Shown here: in pieces, positions 18,323 through 28,963 of the stretch
Layout: the number at the start of each line of letters is the position of its first letter
How positions within the stretch are numbered: the first letter of the stretch is position 1
From: an uncultured Nitrososphaerota archaeon
GTDB lineage: Archaea; Thermoproteota; Nitrososphaeria; Conexivisphaerales; DTJL01
Length of the DNA stretch: 64,000 nt
Assembly (NCBI GenBank): GCA_963842885.1
Contig: CAWJIE010000005.1
Location: 224,001-288,000, forward strand
Direction: 5' to 3'
The notes under the pieces: generated by a model
Databases searched by the model: none
The model's input: the letters and a program-made list of their open reading frames with translations, nothing else
What the model was told of the DNA's origin: nothing
Program-made: the position numbers and the translations under genes

Positions 18323-19309
18323 CTATCGACCTCCCACGTGGTTCAGAGCCAACGTCAGGACCAGCAGGTTCTGCGCCATCAGGGTCAGGTAGGTCTGCCC
18401 TTGCGCCTGCTCCTGGGCTGTGAGACCCTCTATCGGGTTCATCGGGACCAGCGTGGCGTTGGTCTGGCTCGCTATCGCTTCGGGCACGGCCGGGTTCTCA
18501 AGGGATTCGTAGCCTACGTAGAGCAGGTGGTTCTGGTTTATCGCGTTGACGACGTTGGTGATGTCAGCGGCAGTGGGCTCCTCCTCGAAGGGGCCGAAGA
18601 CCGGGATCTGCGTCAGGTTGTACTGCCGGGCCAGGTAGCCGAAGGCCGTGTGGAAGGTCACGAAATCTCTTGTCGCGAGGTTCGAACTGGCCAGGCTCAT
18701 GAACTGCTGGTTGAGCGACTGGAGCTTTGCCTCGTAGGCGTTGGCGTTGGCCGTGAAGTAGGCCGCGTCGCCGGAGTCCGCCTTTATGAACCCCTGCAAT
18801 ATGTTTTGGACCATGGTCATGGCGTCGACAGGGTCCAGCCAGATGTGGGGGTCGATGGTCCGATTGGCCACCTGGAACTGTGGCGGGACCGTTATGAGGC
18901 TGACGTTCTGGCTGCAGTCCACAACCACAAGGTTTGGATTGCCGGCAGCGGCTATCGCCTGCTGCGCCCAAGGCTCCAGGCCCGCCCCGTTCAGTATGAG
19001 TACGTTCGCCGACGCAATGGCTTCTACGGATACTACGGTCGGCTCGAAATCGTGGACGTCCTCTGCCACGGGAACCAGAAGCGAAACGCTGACTTTGACA
19101 CCGCCGACGTTCTGGGCCCAGTCCTGCAAGGGGAAGAACGTAGCAAGGACCTTCAAAGTCGGGGTTAAAGATGAAGGACCAGTCGACCCGGGCCCGCTGC
19201 GAGGGTAGAGGAAGGCGTATCCTCCGAAGGCCGCCGACGTGAAGAGCAGTATGACGACTAACGCCCAGAGGCGCCTTTCTCCGCCTCTGCCTTTGCTCCC
19301 AGCCTCCAT
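18323..19309 (-). CDS. Zn/Mn ABC substrate-binding protein (ZnuA-like)
   Basis: N-terminal TM anchor, DVHDFEP, NGAGLEPW, DPHIWLDP, FHTAFGY. Confidence 0.93.
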   Translation of the reverse strand: MEAGSKGRGGERRLWALVVILLFTSAAFGGYAFLYPRSGPGSTGPSSLTPTLKVLATFFPLQDWAQNVGGVKVSVSLLVPVAEDVHDFEPTVVSVEAIASANVLILNGAGLEPWAQQAIAAAGNPNLVVVDCSQNVSLITVPPQFQVANRTIDPHIWLDPVDAMTMVQNILQGFIKADSGDAAYFTANANAYEAKLQSLNQQFMSLASSNLATRDFVTFHTAFGYLARQYNLTQIPVFGPFEEEPTAADITNVVNAINQNHLLYVGYESLENPAVPEAIASQTNATLVPMNPIEGLTAQEQAQGQTYLTLMAQNLLVLTLALNHVGGR

Positions 19310-19332
19310 CGATAGTTATTGCTCCAACACCT

Positions 19333-19360
19333 TTAATAAATATATCCCTCTTTTTATTAA
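19333..19360. promoter_or_regulatory. Candidate NikR-type operator over the znuA promoter
   Basis: TTAATA-N16-TATTAA (arms extend to TTAATAAA/TTTATTAA) enclosing a TATA-like ATATAT; extra half-site at 19387-19392. Confidence 0.6.
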
Positions 19361-19555
19361 GAGCGCCAGCTATCTCCTCAGGAGTTTATTAATGAGTACC
19401 TTGTCGACGCTCAGCAGTCCCCTCCTGGTGAATATGAAGTGACGGAATCAAGAGCTAGGCTCATGGTCCTGTCGAACCCGCTGTCGCGTGGCTGGCATCG
19501 TCCAAAGATTCCATGAAGAATAGGGGCAGGAGGGCAGAGGCTTCCCCCAGGTCCT

Positions 19556-20575
19556 CTAGAGGCCGACGCTGTTCACGACGATGCCGCTGTTGCCATCGAT
19601 GACCAGGACGATCTTCGAGCCCTTGTGGTCGTAGCGCGCGAACCATATGGGCGCGTGAAGGAGCTCCCCGTCGGCAACGTCCATCTCGGTGTTCATCTGC
19701 TGAATCATGTGGTACTGCTTGTGAGCCTTCTGCGACTGCAGCTGGTCCACCATGGTCTTCGCCTGGTACTTCGCCATGTCCTCGCTTATGTCCCCGTTGA
19801 GGATCTTGATGCCGACTCCCCTAGCCAGCTTGTCCACGTCAAATATCTCCCTCTCCGTCAGGTTGAACTGGTAGTCAGTGGGCTGGTACTGGGTGAACGC
19901 CTTGATGGCGACAACGGGGAAGTCATAGTTCTCATTCAGCGTGAAGGTCTTCCTCATGTTCATCCCGCCTCCGGCACCTCCCATCATCGTTCCAAGCATG
20001 GCGCCCTCCATGAGCCCGCCGCCGCCGAAACCACCACGCCGCCCGCCCATCCCTCCGGCCATAACTCCGAACAGGGCTGCTTCGGTGGCAATGGTCCCGA
20101 CCGTGGCGACTGTGTCGGCGGCCGTGATGGAGGTCCTGGCCGACACGGGGACGAGCCAGTATGGGACGTAGCTTAGGGTGAGCTCCTCTTGGGTCGAGTT
20201 CTCCTCAAGGTGGCGGTGAAGGAGACCCTTGTCCATTAGATCCTTTAGCTTCTCTGCCACTACGTCCTGGCTCTGCAGCTTCAGAGGCAGCATCGTCTGC
20301 TTCATGAGGCTCCTCCACCCCGCGTCCCCCAAGGAGATGCTGGAGCCGCAGTAGTCGCACGTTATCACCATCTCTCCGAAGAGGGGCTTGATGGGGGCCC
20401 CGCAGGTGGGGCATTTGAGCTCGGAGACGCCGGCCGGGGCTACCGTCTCAACGGCCTGTGCAGCGTTGCCAGGGGCCTGAGACCCGCCTTCGGCGGGAGC
20501 CTGGACGGTGGCGCCGCACTTGGAGCAGAAACGGGCGTCGTCGGGCAGCTGCGTACCGCATTTGAGACAATACAA
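19556..20575 (-). CDS. Double zinc-ribbon domain protein
   Basis: CLKCG..ARFCSKCG, CPTCG..CDYCG, YVPYW, HAPIW and IDGNSG motifs. Confidence 0.8.
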   Translation of the reverse strand: MYCLKCGTQLPDDARFCSKCGATVQAPAEGGSQAPGNAAQAVETVAPAGVSELKCPTCGAPIKPLFGEMVITCDYCGSSISLGDAGWRSLMKQTMLPLKLQSQDVVAEKLKDLMDKGLLHRHLEENSTQEELTLSYVPYWLVPVSARTSITAADTVATVGTIATEAALFGVMAGGMGGRRGGFGGGGLMEGAMLGTMMGGAGGGMNMRKTFTLNENYDFPVVAIKAFTQYQPTDYQFNLTEREIFDVDKLARGVGIKILNGDISEDMAKYQAKTMVDQLQSQKAHKQYHMIQQMNTEMDVADGELLHAPIWFARYDHKGSKIVLVIDGNSGIVVNSVGL

Positions 20576-20722
20576 TTCCTCTCACTTGGAAGACCTCAGG
20601 CCACGCTGGGGTCTCAGCCTCTCCACATCTGCTTAGCCAATAAACGTATTGCCGTCTAAAGAGAAGGGCGCCGGCCGAGCGGTTGAGCAAGAGATCCCGG
20701 TGAACGCAGCCATCGTCGCAGG

Positions 20723-21019
20723 TCAAATCTGGAAATGCAGGACGAAGCCGAGGAAGACGCTGAACATCAGAACGAAGAAGACGGAGCCCGCCACTAGGGC
20801 TGCCCTCATCTCCCTGTTCATGAGGAACGCCACCGTGCCCACCACGGTCCGCATCACGGGGGTAGCGATAAGGATCACCGTCGCCGCCATCAGGGTGGGT
20901 TCCGAATACTCCTGGACGGAGGGCACGGCGTAGGCCAGGATGCCGAGGACGAAGAGGGAGGTGCTCATGACCATCCCCACTACGAGCACCCAGTAAAGCG
21001 CCCTGTTCACATCCGCCAT
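20723..21019 (-). CDS. DUF1634 small membrane protein
   Basis: ILIATPVMR motif, three TM helices, downstream of TauE. Confidence 0.75.
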   Translation of the reverse strand: MADVNRALYWVLVVGMVMSTSLFVLGILAYAVPSVQEYSEPTLMAATVILIATPVMRTVVGTVAFLMNREMRAALVAGSVFFVLMFSVFLGFVLHFQI

Positions 21020-21023
21020 CCCA

Positions 21024-21920
21024 TCAGCTCCCTCCGAGGTAGGGGAGGTGGAGTCCCCACGTGGTCAGCCCCCTCGCCAGCATTGTATACGCCAGATAGA
21101 GTATGATTATCGAGAATACGATCTTCAGGTTCCGGGCCCTTATCCGGTTCATGAACCACGTCCCGACGGTCGCCCCCACCGTGGTCCCAATGGCCACGGG
21201 GGCCAGCACGTAGAGGTCCAGCTTCCCAGCGGCCAGGTAGGTGATGGCGCTGACGGCCGCAGTGACGCCTATCATGAACTTGCTGGTGGCGACAGCCACC
21301 TTCATGGGGACGTTCATGTACCTGTTCATGGCCGAGACCTTGAACACGCCCCCGCCTATCCCCAGCATGCCTGAGGCGATCCCCGCGAAGAAGGCTATGG
21401 TGCTCCCGGGCAGGCTTCCGTTCACCCTGTATTCGACGTCCCTTTTCTCGGCCACATCGTGGTAGACCCCCTTCAGGTCGAGATATGCGGTCGCCCTGTC
21501 CTGTTTCCCATTCCCAAAGGCACCCGAAGCGAACTTCTCTTCGTCCAGGTTCCTGGCCCTGAAGACCGCCACGGTGAGGTAGAGCAGCATCAAGCCGAAG
21601 ATGAGGAAGAGCAGTTGGTTGTTCAGGTAGAGGGCGACGAGGCTTCCCACGAGCGCGCCGACGGTCGTCGAAAGCTCAAGGAAGAAGGCCAGCCTAACGT
21701 TGGTTATCCTCTGCTCCAGATATCCCGACCCTCCCGCGTTAGAGGTGGCGATGACTGATGCTATGCTAGCGGCGATGGCGACCTGGATGGGGACGCCCAG
21801 GTACACGCTGAGCACGGGCACGATAATGATCCCCCCGCCCACGCCCATGAGTGCCCCCAGGAAGCCAGCGAAGACGGCGGACAGCAGCCCCTGAAGGAAG
21901 AACGACAGGGTGATCAGCAA
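21024..21920 (-). CDS. TauE/SafE sulfite exporter family protein
   Basis: GALMGVGGGIIIVP, SGMLGIGGG, ATSKFMIGVTA. Confidence 0.9.
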   Translation of the reverse strand: MLITLSFFLQGLLSAVFAGFLGALMGVGGGIIIVPVLSVYLGVPIQVAIAASIASVIATSNAGGSGYLEQRITNVRLAFFLELSTTVGALVGSLVALYLNNQLLFLIFGLMLLYLTVAVFRARNLDEEKFASGAFGNGKQDRATAYLDLKGVYHDVAEKRDVEYRVNGSLPGSTIAFFAGIASGMLGIGGGVFKVSAMNRYMNVPMKVAVATSKFMIGVTAAVSAITYLAAGKLDLYVLAPVAIGTTVGATVGTWFMNRIRARNLKIVFSIIILYLAYTMLARGLTTWGLHLPYLGGS

Positions 21921-21990
21921 GATGTCAATTCAAATCCGCCGGGAAATATAAAAGCAATTTGAAGCTACGGCGCCCATGCTCACATGGCCG

Positions 21991-22423
21991 TCAGAACACT
22001 GCGCCGTAGAGGCGCTGGTGCTCCTTCTTCATGCACCTGTCCCAGGCCAGGGTCAGTCCCAGCGACCGCCCCCTCTCGGCGGCCTCCGGGCTGTAGATCC
22101 CTTCCTGCAGCCAAACGGTCTTTACGCCCCTGGCTGCCGCCTCCTCGACGACCCTGGCTGCCTCGGCCGACGGTCGGAATACGTCGACCACGTCTATCGC
22201 TCTCCGTCACATCGGCTAGGGACTTGAAGCACTTCCTCCCGAGAACGTTGTCCGCGAACGGGTTCACTGGAATGATGTTGTATCCGTTCTTTTGCAGGAA
22301 CTCGGGCACGAAGCCCGCCGCCTTGGCCAGGTCCCTAGAGGCGCCCACCACTGCAACGTTCCGCCTTGAAAGAATCTCCCTTATCTTCGCGTCGTCTAGC
22401 CCGTCCTTCGGGATGTTGGACAT
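21991..22423 (-). CDS. CoA-binding protein (YccU-like), frameshifted near 22200
   Basis: AVVGAS, IIPVNP in one frame; DVVDVFRPS..WLQEG..DRCM in another. Confidence 0.85.
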
Positions 22424-22491
22424 CGACGAAGAGCGACCGAGACCCAAGCTTAAGCCTAGCGGCGTTAACGAAGGCTTAAAGCGACCTGCCG

Positions 22492-24184
22492 GTGCCCACA
22501 GCACCGTTGATGAACCGCAAATGGTGGGGCTGGGGCGACCCCAACAAGTGCGACGAAATTGAGTCCCACCCAGAGCTCTTCGAGTTCCTGAAGAAGCAGC
22601 TCAACCTGTCCGCGGAAGTCCGCTACCCCTGCGTCGAGGCCGATCAGGTCAAGCTCCCAGAAGGCCGGCTGCCGAAGGAGCTGCTTGAGGAGTTGATGGG
22701 CATCTGCTCCCCCGAGAGGGTCCGTGTCGGCGCCATCGCCCGGCTCATGCATTCGGCCGGCATGGGCTACAAGGACCTCCTTCGCATTCGCAAAGGTGTC
22801 CTCCCAGACTACGTCGACGCAGTCGTCTATCCTGGAAACGAGGAGGAGGTCCTGCGGCTCCTCAGGCTATGCGAGGGCAACTCTGTCCAGGTGATCCCGT
22901 ACGGGGGAGGGAGCTCCGTCGTGGGCAGCTTCGAGGTGGTCAGGAAGAACGGCCAAGGTGTCGTCTCCATGGATATGAGCCTAATGGGGAGGCTGGTCAG
23001 GCTCGACACCGTCTCCCTGACGGCCACTTTCGAGGCGGGCGCCACTGGGCCGGACCTGGAGTCCCAGCTGGCAGCCCACGGGTTTACGCTCGGTCACTTC
23101 CCTCAGTCTTTCGAATACAGCACCCTCGGGGGTTGGATCGCCACCAGGTCAGCAGGCTCCTCTTCGAATATATACGGGAGCATCGAGGATATGGTCATCT
23201 CGCTGCGGGTCGCCACCCCGAGAGGCATAATCGAACCGGTAACGGTGCCCAGGAGCGCGGCCGGCCCCGATCTCAGGGAGCTCTTCCTTGGAAGCGAAGG
23301 GACTTTAGGCGTCATAACTCAGGCCACGCTGGTCGTTCGCAGGGCGCCGCCGGCCAGGGGTTTCTCTTCTTATCTGTTCAAGAGCTTCGAAGATGGCCTG
23401 GCCTGCATAAGGGAGCTAGTCCAGGGAGGCCTCCACGCCACCTCCCTGCGCCTCTCCGACGCCAACGAGACTAACTCCTTCTACCATTCGAAGGGAGAAG
23501 CGGTCGCCACATCCTCCAAGATGAAGGAGGCGGTGGGCTTGTGGCTCGTGTCGAAGAAGGGCCTCTCGTTCGAGGACGGGAGCCTCCTGATCGCCATCTA
23601 CGAAGGGGACGCGGGCCAGGTGGAATCCGACAAGGCCCGGGTGAAGTCAGCCTGCCGCTCCCATCACGGTTTCGGGCTCGGCTCCTCGCCAGCGGAGGCT
23701 TGGTTGGAGAGCAGGTTCGAGCAGCCCTACCTAAGAGATTCTCTGGTGGAGCACGGAGTCATGGTGGACACGCTGGAGACGGCCACGGTGTGGAGCAGGG
23801 TCGGCCAACTCCACGACGCGGTGGCCGTGGCCATAACGACAGAGCTGGAGAAGAGGGGTCGCTCGGCCCTCGTGATGTGCCACCTCTCCCATATGTATCC
23901 CTCGGGATCCTCTCTCTACTTCACGTTAATGGCCGGACAGGAGCCGGGGAGGGAGCTGCAGGAGTGGGAGGCCGTCAAGGAGGCGGCCTCGAGCGCCATC
24001 GTATCGAATGGGGGGACCATCACGCACCACCACGGCGTCGGGATCTGAGCATTCCAGGTGGATGCTCGCCGAAGACGGGGAGCAGGGCCTCTCGGCCCTC
24101 AAGGCCGTCAAGGCCTCCCTAGACCCTAAGGGCATAATGAACCCCGGGAAGCTGCTGCCTTATCGGGAGTCGAAGCCCATTTGA
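22492..24184 (+). CDS. FAD-linked oxidoreductase, alkyl-dihydroxyacetone-phosphate synthase-like; frameshift near 24045
   Basis: KWWGWG, PYGGGSSVVG, GHFPQSFEYSTLGGWIATR, GSEGTLGVIT, DTLETA, THHHGVG; C-terminus LDPKGIMNPGKL lies in a shifted frame ending TGA 24184. Confidence 0.88.
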
Positions 24185-25840
24185 GCTCGCCCGCGCTCTT
24201 CGGCCTGCAGGCCAGGGAGGCCTCCATCACGCGGATGAAGAGCGGAGGAGTTCGACGTCTTCGTGATCGGCGGCGGCATCACGGGCGCCGGCATCGCGAG
24301 AGACGCGGCCCTGCGAGGCTACAAGGTGGCCCTGGTGGACAAGGGGGACTTCGCCGGCGCCACGAGCAGCCGCTCGTCGAAGATGGCCCATGGCGGGCTG
24401 AGGTACTTGCAGTACTACAAGTTCAGGCTTGTCTTCGAGGCGCTGAGCGAGAGGCACACGCTCTCGCATATAGCCAGCAACCTCGTCCACCCCCAGCCCT
24501 TCCTCATCACGGTGTACAAGGGCGCCTCGCACGGCGTCGGCACCTACAGGATGGGTCTCGTGCTCTACGATCTCCTGGCCCTGTTCAGGACACCACACCC
24601 CCACAAGAGCCTCGGTCGCGACAGGGCCATCGAGCTGGAGCCCCTGCTGAAGCGAGAGGGCCTCCTTGGCGGGTTCCTGTACTACGACTACAGGGTCGAC
24701 GACGCCAGGCTGACTTTGGCCAACGTGAAGACCGCGTGGATTAAGGGAGCCGCGGTGGCGAGCTACGTCGAGGTCCTGGGCCTGGACAAGGAAGGGCCGA
24801 AGGTGAAGGGAGCCAGGCTTATGGACCGGCTTTCCGGAGAGGCGTTCTCCATACGCTCTAAGGTGGTCGTCAACGCCACGGGGCCATTCACGGATAGGAT
24901 TCGCGCCATGGACGACCCCGGCTGCGAGAGGAAGCTGAGGCCTACGAAGGGCGTGCATTTGGTGGTCTCCCCGCAGAGGCTTCCCGTAGGGCATGCCATA
25001 GTGACGGAAGCTGAGGACGGACGCAACGTGTTCGCCGTGCCCTGGGGTCGCTACGTGCTTATCGGAACTACAGACAAGGATTTCGAGGGGGACTTCGACA
25101 GCGTCTTCGCGACTAGGGAGGACGTCATGTACCTCCTGGATTCGGTCAACAGGGCCCTCCCCTCCGCCAACCTCGGCCTGCAGGACGTCCTGACAACCTT
25201 TGCGGGCCTCAGGCCCCTGGTCCTTGAGCTAGGTGTGAAGGAGTCCGAGGTCTCGAGGGAGCATGAGATCTTCGTCAGCCCCTCCGGCCTGTTCTCGATC
25301 GCAGGGGGGAAGCTGACCACGTACAGGTCCATGGCCGAAGAGCTCATGGACAAGGTCTCCGACGTCCTCCGCCATGTACACGGCGTCCAGGCGGTGTCCC
25401 TCTCAGGGAGCGGGTTCGACCTCCTCGACGGCGCGTTCGACGAGAAGTACCGCAACCCCATGCTGAAGGACATCACAGCCGGCGGCCTCGATGAGGACGT
25501 CGCCGAGCACCTCCTCTACTTCTATGGGGCTCACTACGGCGAGATACTGACGCTGCTGCGGGCCGACCCTTCACTGGCCTCGAGGATCAAGACCGGTCAT
25601 CCCTACATCTGGGCGGAAGTCCGGTACGCTGCCGAACGGGACTGCGTCGTTCACTTGGAGGACATACTCTCTAGACGCCTCCATCTGGTGTTCGAGGACG
25701 CCGAGCAGGGCCTAGACGTCGCGGGAAGGGCGGCCGAAATCGCCGGCACCGTGCTGGGCTGGTCGGACGAGACCAAGAGGAAGGAGATCTCCTCATACGC
25801 GGACACCGTGGAGCTGACAAGGAGATATAGGGCGGGATAG
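24181..25840 (+). CDS. glpD: FAD-dependent glycerol-3-phosphate dehydrogenase; frameshift near 24240
   Basis: FDVFVIGGGITGAG, TSSRSSKMAHGGLRYL, DDARL, AGLRPL, GGKLTTYR. Confidence 0.9.
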
Positions 25841-25855
25841 ATACTCGAAGCAGCC

Positions 25856-26779
25856 TTGACAATGGCCTTCTTCATCGTCAACCCTGCCGCAGCGAACGGC
25901 AGGATCAAGAAAGAATGGGCGTCCATCCTGGAGACGGCGAGGGCAGAGTACTCCCCCGCCCTCGGCTTCGCGCTCACGGGCGGGCCCGGCGATGGAGCAC
26001 CCTTGGCGAAGAAGGCCCTGAAGGAAGGCTATGACGTCATCGTTCCTGTAGGGGGCGACGGGACCCTCAACGAGGTCGTCAACGGCTTCTTCGAGGACGA
26101 CAGGCCGGTGAACCCTTCGGCTTCTCTGGGCGTCATCTCCCTCGGCACAGGGAGCGACTTCATCAGGACCCTGGGCATCCCCAAGGACCTCCATGCCTAT
26201 CTCGAGACCCTGAGGAGGGCGAATACAAGGACCGTTGACACCGTACGGAGCGTCGTCACGGCCCCGGACGGGTCCAGGAAGGTCAGGTACTTCATCAACG
26301 TGGGCGACTTCGGCTCCGGAGGCGCCGTCGTCGAGAAGGTCAACCGCACAAGCAAGGCGCTGGGAGGGAGGATCTCCTTCCTCTGGGGGATTCTCACTAC
26401 GCTCCCCCGCTACAAGAACAAGGAGATAACATACTCTGTGGACGGCGGCGAGGAGAGGACGGAGGTCCTCAACAACTTCGTCGTGGCCAACGGGCGGTTC
26501 TACGGCGGCGGGCTCAAGCCGGCCCCCGAAGCTTCCCTCGACGACGGCCAGTTGGACATCGTGACCATGGGGGACTTCCGCTTCAGGGAGGTCCTCTTCA
26601 GCCTCGGGAAGCTAAGGGAGGGCACCCACCTTTCCAATCCCAAGGTTGGGTTCGTCAGGGGGAGGAAGGTTGTTGCGAGGTCAGAGAAGAATGTCCTCAT
26701 CGAGGAGGACGGCGAGCTAGTGGGCTGCCTCCCCGCGGAGTTCGAAGTAGTTCCGAAGTCCATCTCCCTGATCTGCTGA
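25856..26779 (+). CDS. Diacylglycerol/lipid kinase (DgkB/YegS family)
   Basis: IVNPAA, GGDGTLNEVVNG, GTGSDF, NGRFYGGG, DDGQLD, DGE. Confidence 0.92.
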   Translation: MTMAFFIVNPAAANGRIKKEWASILETARAEYSPALGFALTGGPGDGAPLAKKALKEGYDVIVPVGGDGTLNEVVNGFFEDDRPVNPSASLGVISLGTGSDFIRTLGIPKDLHAYLETLRRANTRTVDTVRSVVTAPDGSRKVRYFINVGDFGSGGAVVEKVNRTSKALGGRISFLWGILTTLPRYKNKEITYSVDGGEERTEVLNNFVVANGRFYGGGLKPAPEASLDDGQLDIVTMGDFRFREVLFSLGKLREGTHLSNPKVGFVRGRKVVARSEKNVLIEEDGELVGCLPAEFEVVPKSISLIC

Positions 26780-26843
26780 TGCCACTCCCGGGTCCGGCCT
26801 CTTTGGTGGGAGGCGTGGAAGACAGAGCGACGCGGATGGATCC

Positions 26844-27540
26844 CTAGACGCTGTGGACTTCGAATTCGCAGTACCGTTCCCCGTCGGCCAGGCAGGCGAC
26901 GTTCTCTATGACCAGCTTGCCCCTAGTGGCCTCCATCTGGCCGTCCCTCAGACCTTCCTCCACCGTCTTGCAGACGTAGAGCGGATACTTCACAGCCAGC
27001 TCCTTGAATGGACAGCTGAAGACCCTGTAGACGAGGCGGTCAGCGCTCTCCTCGACGATCTCGGGTTCGCCAACGGATTCGGCCAGGGCGCGGTTGACGT
27101 AGAGGTGCTTGTACTTATCGACAGTCCAATCCGAGATGCTTGTTCTCGGAGGCTAGGGCCAGGAGGGCATCGCTGCCATTCCTGTGCCCCATCTCCCAAA
27201 GGGCCTTCTTGAATTGTTCTTCACCCAGCATCTTCTGGAAGGTCTTGATCATGTCGTCAGAGAACCTCTGATACTCCCTCTTTGGGAAAGTCAGGAGCGG
27301 AGGATGCTCGCTGACCCGGTAGTAGGCCTTCGGCTTCCCCCTCCTCCCCTTTATCTCATACCTCTCGATCAGGCCGACGCTCTCCAGGGCCTTCATGTGA
27401 TACCTGACCGTGAACATCCCCAGGGACAGCTTGTCGGCTATCTCCTTGATGCCCTTCGGACCACCGTACAATAACCTGAAGATCTCCAACCTTGATTTGC
27501 TTGTCAGCACACGGTAGACCTCCACTTCACTCACTGACAT
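26844..27540 (-). CDS. ArsR-type HTH regulator with Cys-rich C-terminal domain; frameshift near 27135
   Basis: SRLEIF..VRYHMKALESVGLI..GRRGKPK; second frame gives SCPFKELA..VC...ACLADGERYCEF ending TAG 26844. Confidence 0.8.
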
Positions 27541-27818
27541 GCGCTCTCAAAGACCAGGCATTATTGGCCAATCTGACTATATAAAAGTAATGATAGCATA
27601 CTTTAAACAATTATTTCGGCACATAAAACATATAGAACAAAGATGTTGCAGGAAAGGCAAACAAGAATGCAAGGGTGTTGAGCTATGCTGACGACAATAA
27701 TAGTTATTTTGGTTATATCATCGCCACTTCGCTGCATACCAGCATTAAAGCTCACTGCATGCAGAGACCCAAACGGACGCACGAATCGAATTTGGACTGA
27801 TTACCAGGGAGACGAGGC

Positions 27819-28244
27819 CTACTTGACCACCAAGACGGGGCACTTCGAGAACCGGACCACCCTTTCTGACACGCTTCCCATCAGCAGCCTTTCGAGCGTC
27901 CCTGTGCCCCTGCTCCCCACAATCAGCAGGTCGGCGCCCTCCTTGGCCGCCGTGTCCAGTATCCCCTGGGCGGGATCGCCGCTGAGCAGGAGGGTCCTGG
28001 CCGTGACGCCCGCCACAGAAGCCATCGACGCGCACTTGGCCAGGGACTGCTTCCCTTCATCTTCCAGCTTGTTGAAGACATCAAGCGAGCCCAGCACGTC
28101 GTAGCTGTAGGAGGTGATGGGAATGTGCACGACATAGACGACGATGAGCTCCGACGAGAACTGCCTGGCGAGCTGAAGGGCATGCTCGAGCGCCCTCAGG
28201 GAGTTGGGGGAGCCGTCCACGCCGGCCACAATCTTCTGGTACAT
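27819..28244 (-). CDS. Universal stress protein
   Basis: MYQKIVAGVDGS, ADLLIVGSRG, MGSVSERVV..CPVLVV. Confidence 0.93.
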   Translation of the reverse strand: MYQKIVAGVDGSPNSLRALEHALQLARQFSSELIVVYVVHIPITSYSYDVLGSLDVFNKLEDEGKQSLAKCASMASVAGVTARTLLLSGDPAQGILDTAAKEGADLLIVGSRGTGTLERLLMGSVSERVVRFSKCPVLVVK

Positions 28245-28324
28245 CTCATGTATGATGGGCCTCTCCGCCTCATAAACATGATGAGCCCGTCGTTCGAGAA
28301 GAAAGAGCCCCTTTCGGCCGACCA

Positions 28325-28744
28325 TCAGGGGGCGGCCCGCTTGTTCTTCAGGAGGTATTTCTTCAGGGGCTCCCAGTAGGAGTCGATCCAACCCTGCCTG
28401 TAGGCTTCGGCCTGCGAGCTCGGAACCTTGGAATGGACCATCGTGAGCTTGGTCCCGCCCTTCGACGGAGTCAAAGTGATGTCGACTTGCGACGGCGGAT
28501 ATCCTTCCGGCCACTCCGTCGTGGTCCACTCCCACACGATCTTGCTTTCCTTGGCCAGGTCGAGATACTTCCCGAAGATGTAACCGTCCCAAGCCGTGAA
28601 GGAGCCGCCGACCTCGGCTTCCCCCGTCGCCGCCGCGCCCGTCATGGCCGCGTGCTTCTTCGGGTTGACCAGAGCCTCGTAGACCGCGCTCGGCGTCCCC
28701 GGGACGACGACTGCCTGGGTTATTGTCGTGGTGCTGAGCTTCAT
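28325..28744 (-). CDS. SRPBCC/AHSA1 domain protein
   Basis: VYEAL..GGSFTAWDGYI..W...EWP..GW..SYWEPLK. Confidence 0.88.
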   Translation of the reverse strand: MKLSTTTITQAVVVPGTPSAVYEALVNPKKHAAMTGAAATGEAEVGGSFTAWDGYIFGKYLDLAKESKIVWEWTTTEWPEGYPPSQVDITLTPSKGGTKLTMVHSKVPSSQAEAYRQGWIDSYWEPLKKYLLKNKRAAP

Positions 28745-28846
28745 CGCTTGAACGGCCGGCCGCTAACTCCCTTAAACCTTCCCCATCTAACTTACCCGAC
28801 GCCGTCACCGATGGCTTCGGTCGGGCACCCCTCTGGCGCCTCGACG

Positions 28847-28882
28847 GTTATCGCATTCGATATAACATTAGATATAATTAAA
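28847..28882. promoter_or_regulatory. Candidate PadR operator/promoter
   Basis: TATCG-CATT-CGATA inverted repeat plus tandem (C/A)GATATAA copies 11 nt apart, between divergent genes. Confidence 0.4.
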
Positions 28883-28963
28883 TACATCCTGAATCACGGG
28901 TCTGTCCTATGCCGAATAAAGCGACAAAGCCCGCCCCGAAAGGGGCGGGTCGGAAACGGATTC

